DNA of 64,000 bases from Rhizobiaceae bacterium (GTDB taxonomy: Bacteria > Pseudomonadota > Alphaproteobacteria > Rhizobiales > Rhizobiaceae): positions 109,204 through 173,203 of the forward strand of contig JBATLL010000070.1 in assembly GCA_049289295.1 (NCBI GenBank). Reading direction: 5' to 3'. The position numbers and the translations under genes are program-made. A model generated the notes under the pieces. The model had not been told where the DNA came from. It searched no databases and saw only the letters and a program-made list of their open reading frames with translations. Positions 58,937-64,000 of this stretch are shown piece by piece. Numbering within the stretch: position 1 is the first letter of the stretch; the number at the start of each line of letters is the position of its first letter.

Positions 58937-59009
58937 TCCCGCCATACTGGCCATTGATATCACCCTGTAGCTGCCCGATTGCGGAGGCGGCACCGAACTG
59001 GATCGGATC

Positions 59010-60440
59010 ATGAGTTTCAAGGTTGCCATCATCGGTCGCCCGAATGTCGGCAAGTCCACCTTGTTCAACCGACTGGTGGGCAAGCGCCTGGCGCTGGTCG
59101 ATGATACGCCGGGTGTGACGCGCGACCGTCGGCTGGCGGACGGTTCGATCGGTGGGTTGCAGTTTCAGGTCATCGACACGGCAGGTCTTGAAGAAGCGGC
59201 TGGCGGTTCACTCGAAGCGCGCATGCGGGCCCAGACCGAAACCGCGATTGGCGAAGCCGATGTCTGTCTTTTTCTCATCGATGCACGCGCCGGACTGACG
59301 CCCGCTGACCAGACTTTTGCCAATCTACTGCGCCGCTCGGGAAAGCCGGTCATAGCCGTTGCCAACAAGCTCGAGGGCAAGGCTGGCGAACCGGGATACT
59401 ATGAAGCCTTTTCGCTTGGCTTCGGAGATCCCGTGCCCTTGTCCGCCGAACACGGCACCGGCCTGGCGGACCTCCACGATGCGCTGGTCGCTGTTGTCGG
59501 CATGGATGTTGCCTATCCCGAAGAAGAAGAGGAATGGCACGTCAAGCCCGAATCCCAGGATGATGACGCGCCTTTCGACGAGGATTTCGAGGAGGAAGAG
59601 CCGGAAGTCGATTTTTCGCGCCCGCTCAGAATCGCCGTGGTTGGCCGACCCAATGCAGGGAAATCGACGCTCATCAACCGCATGATCGGGCAGGACCGCC
59701 TGCTGACCGGGCCTGAAGCGGGCATCACGCGCGATTCGATTTCCGTGGACTGGGAATGGAAAGGCCGCCCTATCAAGCTTTTTGACACTGCTGGCATGCG
59801 CAAGAAGGCCAGGGTGCAGGAGAAGCTGGAAAAGCTCTCCGTCGCCGATGGACTGCGCGCCCTGCAGTTTGCCGAAGTGGTGATCGTCCTGCTTGATGCG
59901 AACGCGCCATTCGAAAAGCAGGATCTGCAGATTGCTGATCTCGTAACGCGTGAAGGTCGCGCGCCGGTAATTGCACTGAACAAATGGGACATGATCGACG
60001 ATCGCCAGGCTGCACTGGAAGAAATGCTGGAAAAGGCCGAACGCCTGCTGCCCCAGATCAAGGGCATGAAGGTAGTGCCGCTTTCAGCGCAGACCGGTGA
60101 CGGACTGGCGAAACTGATGGAAGCGGTCTTCGAGGTTCACAAGGCCTGGAACCGGCGCATTTCGACAGCGCGGCTCAACCGTTGGCTCGATACTGTTCTT
60201 TATCATCATCCACCACCGGCAGTGGCAGGGCGTCGGATCAAGATCAAGTACATGACACAGGTGAAGTCACGCCCGCCGACCTTCATGGCATCGTGCACCC
60301 GCCCCGATGCCTTGCCCGAATCCTACACGCGTTATCTGGTCAATTCGCTGCGCGAGGAATTCGACCTGTGGTCCGTGCCCGTGCGCCTGCATATGCGCAA
60401 GGGTGACAATCCCTTTGCAGGCAGAGCTCGCAAGCGCTGA
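59010..60440 (+). CDS. der: Ribosome-biogenesis GTPase Der (EngA)
   Basis: Two G domains ([14 protein letters not shown] and [14 protein letters not shown]), an acidic linker and a KH-like C-terminus. Confidence 0.95.
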   Translation: MSFKVAIIGRPNVGKSTLFNRLVGKRLALVDDTPGVTRDRRLADGSIGGLQFQVIDTAGLEEAAGGSLEARMRAQTETAIGEADVCLFLIDARAGLTPADQTFANLLRRSGKPVIAVANKLEGKAGEPGYYEAFSLGFGDPVPLSAEHGTGLADLHDALVAVVGMDVAYPEEEEEWHVKPESQDDDAPFDEDFEEEEPEVDFSRPLRIAVVGRPNAGKSTLINRMIGQDRLLTGPEAGITRDSISVDWEWKGRPIKLFDTAGMRKKARVQEKLEKLSVADGLRALQFAEVVIVLLDANAPFEKQDLQIADLVTREGRAPVIALNKWDMIDDRQAALEEMLEKAERLLPQIKGMKVVPLSAQTGDGLAKLMEAVFEVHKAWNRRISTARLNRWLDTVLYHHPPPAVAGRRIKIKYMTQVKSRPPTFMASCTRPDALPESYTRYLVNSLREEFDLWSVPVRLHMRKGDNPFAGRARKR

Positions 60441-60551
60441 GCGCAAGTTAACTTTCTGGAAACAACTTGGCCCGGAATGACCCTATTCCCGCCCGATTCC
60501 TGCCCTGTTGACCCGTAGAACTGACATCCGGTTCACCTCGGGGACATCACA

Positions 60552-61871
60552 GTGGCTGCATTAACCGCTTCGAAACGAGCTGTTTACTGCCTGTCAAGGT
60601 TAACGAACTACCGTGCAGGAAGTTCCGGTCATGAACCGGACAAGAACCAGTCAGATTTGTTTGTTCGGAGTAGCGCATTGCGTATTTCTGACCGCTTGAG
60701 GCCTTCCCTTCATGGGAAGGCTGCTCGCCTGGCCTATCCGCTCGCTGTTGGATTGGCTGTATTCGTGACCTATCCGTCGATCATCGCCTATCAGGATGTG
60801 GCGCAGCTTTCGAGCGAGCCTGTCCAGAACAGGTGGTTGGCCAACATGGCTCAGGCCCCCGGCCAGAGCCTTGCGAACATCAGTGGCGGATCAACCTTCG
60901 TTCTGGCTGCTGCGTCAGACGACGAACCAAACCCCGGCATCGACCCGATCATCACGGGTACGTCGAAGCCTGCTGGCGAGACGTCGCCAGTCAGGCCGGA
61001 AATCCTCGAAGGGGTGCCGGGGCCGAAGAAACCTCAGAAGATCAACCGCTCCCAGATGGGTGACCGGGTGCTGTCTTCTGCGCCCGTAAGCCCACCAGTG
61101 CGCTTTTCGGCAGGATCGGTCATGGAGCGGCACTCCATGTTCGGCCCACTGAAGCTGGACAAGCGGTTCGAACTGGCTTTCGTCAAGGCTCGACCGGCGG
61201 ACGACGCCTATCAGGTGGCAAGCCTGTTCCACCAGAAGGAAGATCCGCTGAAAAAGGCGATCGAGGCTGACGTGCCGATTGTCGTTGCAAGCCTGATCGA
61301 GGAATCCATCCCCAACATCCTGTCTTATGGCGCGCAGGAGGAAGTGCTTCGTTCGCCTTTCGCCGCAGTGCTGGATGACACGCAGCCCATTTCGCTCATT
61401 CCGCGACTTGGCAAGGGTGACCACCAATGGGCAGCCGAGCCGCTGCCTCTGTCCACATTTTCGGACCGTGAACAGAACTGCCTGACGGCAGGTATCTATT
61501 TCGAGGCGCGCGGTGAGCCGGTTCGCGGCCAGGCTGCGGTTGCACAGGTGATTCTCAATCGGGTAAAGAACCCTGCATATCCCGACACGATATGCGGCGT
61601 TGTCTACCAGAACAAGGAATGGCGTAACCGTTGCCAGTTCTCCTTCGCCTGCGACCGAATCAAGGACAGGGTGAACGACTCCAAACGATGGGAAATCGCC
61701 CAGTATGTGGCGCGCGAAACAACGGAAGGCCGTATCTGGCTGACCGAAGTCGGTTCCTCGACCCATTATCACGCCACCTATGTGAAGCCGAAATGGGCAA
61801 GCCACATGAAGAAAGTCGGCCGCATCGGCCTTCACATCTTCTACCGCACCTTTGGCGGCGGCTGGAGCTGA
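60552..61871 (+). CDS. Cell-wall hydrolase (SleB/Hydrolase_2 domain) with N-terminal membrane anchor
   Basis: C-terminal CLTAGIYFEARGEPVRGQAAVAQVILNRV...STHYHATYVKPKW. The GTG start is uncertain. Confidence 0.8.
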   Translation: MAALTASKRAVYCLSRLTNYRAGSSGHEPDKNQSDLFVRSSALRISDRLRPSLHGKAARLAYPLAVGLAVFVTYPSIIAYQDVAQLSSEPVQNRWLANMAQAPGQSLANISGGSTFVLAAASDDEPNPGIDPIITGTSKPAGETSPVRPEILEGVPGPKKPQKINRSQMGDRVLSSAPVSPPVRFSAGSVMERHSMFGPLKLDKRFELAFVKARPADDAYQVASLFHQKEDPLKKAIEADVPIVVASLIEESIPNILSYGAQEEVLRSPFAAVLDDTQPISLIPRLGKGDHQWAAEPLPLSTFSDREQNCLTAGIYFEARGEPVRGQAAVAQVILNRVKNPAYPDTICGVVYQNKEWRNRCQFSFACDRIKDRVNDSKRWEIAQYVARETTEGRIWLTEVGSSTHYHATYVKPKWASHMKKVGRIGLHIFYRTFGGGWS

Positions 61872-62039
61872 GCGGCACTGTCTCTGCCACCGAATTGCCT
61901 GACGCATTGCGCCGCCTGGACAGGGATCGGCTGAGTCTGCCCTGAATCGCTGCGCCAATTGTGCAAGGCGCATTGTCGCAGACTACCCCCTGAATGGAAA
62001 ATCATTGAAAACCAATGAGTTGGCTCTCAACCACACTGC

Positions 62040-62068
62040 TTGACAGTGGGGAGGGGCAAAACTATGTT
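62040..62068 (+). promoter_or_regulatory. Putative sigma70 promoter of the atp F0 operon (TTGACA-17-TATGTT)
   Basis: TTGACA at 62040-62045 and TATGTT at 62063-62068, about 50 nt upstream of atpI. Confidence 0.4.
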
Positions 62069-62118
62069 GCGCGCGACCTTGCAGGGGTGCCAATTGAGCG
62101 CTCAGGCAGCGGGTTTCC

Positions 62119-62565
62119 ATGGAGTTCCCAGTGGCTGACAAGGACCCTCTTTCGGGTAGAAAAAGCGACGGGAGCAGTTCCGGTAAACCGGAATTATCCG
62201 AAGAAGAGCTTGAACGACGGCTCAAGAAGCTGGATGACAGGCTTGACCGGCAATTGGAGGAAAAACGTCTCAGGACGGCGACCAGACCGGACAATACCGG
62301 AATGGCGAATGCCTTGAGACTGTCCACCGAGTTCGTTTCGGCGGTACTGGTGGGCGCAGCGTTGGGCTGGGGAATCGACAAGATGACCGGCTTTGCGCCC
62401 TGGGGGATGATCATTTTCCTCCTGTTGGGATTTTGTGCAGGCGTTATCAACGTCCTGCGCGCGGCAGGGCAGATGTCCGACCCGCACCGGATGGGCTTGA
62501 AGGAACGCGAGGCGCAGGCAAAAAGCCAGACGCCGGATGCGAACGACGAAGACGAAGAAGACTGA
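62119..62565 (+). CDS. atpI: ATP synthase protein I (AtpI)
   Basis: 148 aa. Charged N-terminus followed by two TM helices (FVSAVLVGAALGWGID..., IIFLLLGFCAGVINV). Lies directly 5' of atpB. Confidence 0.8.
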   Translation: MEFPVADKDPLSGRKSDGSSSGKPELSEEELERRLKKLDDRLDRQLEEKRLRTATRPDNTGMANALRLSTEFVSAVLVGAALGWGIDKMTGFAPWGMIIFLLLGFCAGVINVLRAAGQMSDPHRMGLKEREAQAKSQTPDANDEDEED

Positions 62566-62610
62566 AGGTTCTGGCAGCCAGATGGCGCCGCAGACAAGGG
62601 AATTGACACG

Positions 62611-63360
62611 TTGGCGAACGATCCGATTCACCAGTTTCAGATCAACAAGCTAATTCCGCTGGATTTCAACGGGATTGATCTGTCATTCACCAATTCGTCC
62701 TTGTTCATGGTGGCAACCGTTGCTGCTGCTGCAGGCTTTCTGATCTGGGCGACCGGTGGACGCGGCCTCATCCCGACCCGGATGCAGTCGATCGCGGAAA
62801 TGGCCTATGAATTCGTTGCGTCGACCTTGCGCGATGCGGCGGGCAGCGAGGGGATGCGGTTCTTCCCGTTCGTCTTTTCGCTGTTCATGTTCGTGCTGGT
62901 GGCGAACCTGTTCGGCATGTTCCCCTACTTCTTCACCATCACCAGCCACATCATCGTGACCTTTGCCCTGTCCATGCTCGTGATCGGCACCGTTGTTGCC
63001 TATGGTTTCTGGAAGCATGGCCTGCATTTCCTCGGGCTTTTCGTGCCCAATGGCGTGCCTGGTGCGCTCGTCCCACTGGTTGTGCTGATCGAAGTGATTT
63101 CCTTCCTTTCGCGTCCCATCAGCCTTTCGGTGCGTCTGTTCGCAAACATGCTGGCAGGCCACATCACGCTGAAAGTGTTCGCCGGCTTTGTCACCAGCCT
63201 TTCAGCGCTTGGCGCGGTTGGAATTGGTGGCGCGATTCTGCCGCTCGCCATGACCGTGGCGTTGACCGGCCTCGAATTCCTGGTCGCTTTCCTGCAGGCA
63301 TACGTCTTTGCCGTCCTGACCTGCATGTATCTCAACGACGCGCTACACCCCACACACTGA
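62611..63360 (+). CDS. atpB: F0F1 ATP synthase subunit a
   Basis: 249 aa. N-terminal ANDPIHQF and the conserved [10 protein letters not shown] segment. Confidence 0.95.
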   Translation: MANDPIHQFQINKLIPLDFNGIDLSFTNSSLFMVATVAAAAGFLIWATGGRGLIPTRMQSIAEMAYEFVASTLRDAAGSEGMRFFPFVFSLFMFVLVANLFGMFPYFFTITSHIIVTFALSMLVIGTVVAYGFWKHGLHFLGLFVPNGVPGALVPLVVLIEVISFLSRPISLSVRLFANMLAGHITLKVFAGFVTSLSALGAVGIGGAILPLAMTVALTGLEFLVAFLQAYVFAVLTCMYLNDALHPTH

Positions 63361-63444
63361 GGCGTGGCAGCAGGAAGAAACTCACCGGCCATACTGGCCA
63401 AACCGTAAACCGAATTGAAAATCTGGAACTCAAGGGAGTTTGAA

Positions 63445-63672
63445 ATGGAAGCGGAAGCAGCAAAGTACATCGGCGCTGGAATTGCATGCCTTGGAATGGG
63501 CGGCGCGGGCATTGGCCTCGGCACGATCTTCGGCAACTACCTGGCAGGCGCACTGCGCAACCCGTCAGCAGCAGATGGCCAGTTCGGCCGCCTGATCTTC
63601 GGCTTCGCCGTTACCGAAGCTCTGGGCATCTTCTCGCTGCTCGTTGCCCTTCTCCTCCTCTTCGCCGTTTAA
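63445..63672 (+). CDS. atpE: F0F1 ATP synthase subunit c
   Basis: 75 aa from [10 protein letters not shown]. Hairpin protein carrying the proton-binding Glu in AVTEALGIF. Confidence 0.95.
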   Translation: MEAEAAKYIGAGIACLGMGGAGIGLGTIFGNYLAGALRNPSAADGQFGRLIFGFAVTEALGIFSLLVALLLLFAV

Positions 63673-63688
63673 TCCCGGTAAATTCATC

Positions 63689-63724
63689 GCGGCGGCTTCC
63701 TGTTTTGCCGCCGCGCGCCCTTTT
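63689..63724 (+). terminator. GC hairpin with short T-tract between atpE and atpF' (possible attenuator or mRNA stabiliser)
   Basis: gcggcggc-N10-gccgccgc followed by gcgccctttt. It lies inside an operon, so termination is at most partial. Confidence 0.35.
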
Positions 63725-63736
63725 GAGGAGGGAGCG

Positions 63737-64000
63737 ATGATCATCTCAAATGCCTGGGCAGCTTCCTCGGAAGACCAGTCTGGTACGCACACGAGCACCG
63801 GTGAAACCGGCACAACCCACACTGAGACCGGCGTGGCGGGCGATGCGGCGCATGGCGGTGGCCATAGCGGTGCGTTCCCACCCTTCGATCCGGCGGGTTT
63901 TGCCTCGCAGTTGCTTTGGCTCGCGATCACTTTCGGGGTTTTCTACCTGCTCATGGGCAGGGTAGCCATTCCCCGCATCGCATCCATTCTGGAAGTCCGG
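63737..64000 (+). CDS. atpF: F0F1 ATP synthase subunit b' (partial, runs off the window)
   Basis: N-terminal extension followed by [27 protein letters not shown], the typical membrane anchor of b/b'. GGAGG RBS. Confidence 0.85.
   Translation, partial: MIISNAWAASSEDQSGTHTSTGETGTTHTETGVAGDAAHGGGHSGAFPPFDPAGFASQLLWLAITFGVFYLLMGRVAIPRIASILEVR

Noticed and set aside
61983-62609. A 208-aa minus-strand ORF covering the atpI region.
   Set aside because: It is S/P/A-rich with no motifs. The plus-strand AtpI (charged N-terminus plus two TM helices, directly 5' of atpB) explains the region.

Overview
This is a 64-kb chromosomal window of about 60% GC. Gene content and synteny look like an alphaproteobacterium of the Rhizobiales/Hyphomicrobiales type (DUF4170-DUF374-waaA-lpxK, guaB...guaA, bacA/sbmA-like, der, atpI-B-E-F'). 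I call about 63 protein genes and 3 pseudogene remnants. I found no rRNA, tRNA, CRISPR array or intact mobile element.

1-28.9 kb holds housekeeping and envelope genes: an M16 peptidase pair, patatin, MATE, a KefB-type antiporter, pmbA, lipid A core genes, mutL, gabD, a four-gene Arn/Gtr-like periplasmic glycosylation module, guaB, an rsmB-like gene, tspO and guaA.

28.9 to about 53 kb is an accessory catabolic block. It begins right after the guaA stop with an integrase N-terminal remnant and a truncated acyl-CoA synthetase. It contains:
(i) a CoA-transferase / acyl-CoA dehydrogenase / PrpD-like / MaoC-like set that resembles the Pseudomonas itaconate cluster but has no lyase;
(ii) a frameshifted Zn-dehydrogenase;
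(iii) a TRAP transporter plus MarR;
(iv) an eight-gene translationally coupled operon (VanB-type reductase, Rieske alpha/beta, CoA ligase, Cys-less thiolase-fold protein, DUF35 fused to a degenerate SDR, cyclase-fold hydrolase, SDR);
(v) a polar amino-acid ABC importer, a DDAH-like enzyme and a DMT transporter.

53-64 kb holds a CMD-family protein, a PhoX-like phosphatase, a hairpin-rich non-coding RNA candidate ending in a perfect intrinsic terminator, a bacA/sbmA-like transporter, traR/dksA-like, nnrU, der, a cell-wall hydrolase and the start of the atp F0 operon.

The most interesting part is (iii)+(iv). Its architecture follows the ipf (ibuprofen) aryl-alkanoate logic: activate with CoA, dioxygenate, then clip the side chain. 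Three copies of a 16-bp palindrome ATATG-N6-CATAT link it to the TRAP operon. I propose an auxin/aryl-acetate side-chain-clipping pathway as a hypothesis.

All homology statements rest on motif recognition by eye in the supplied translations, not on database searches.
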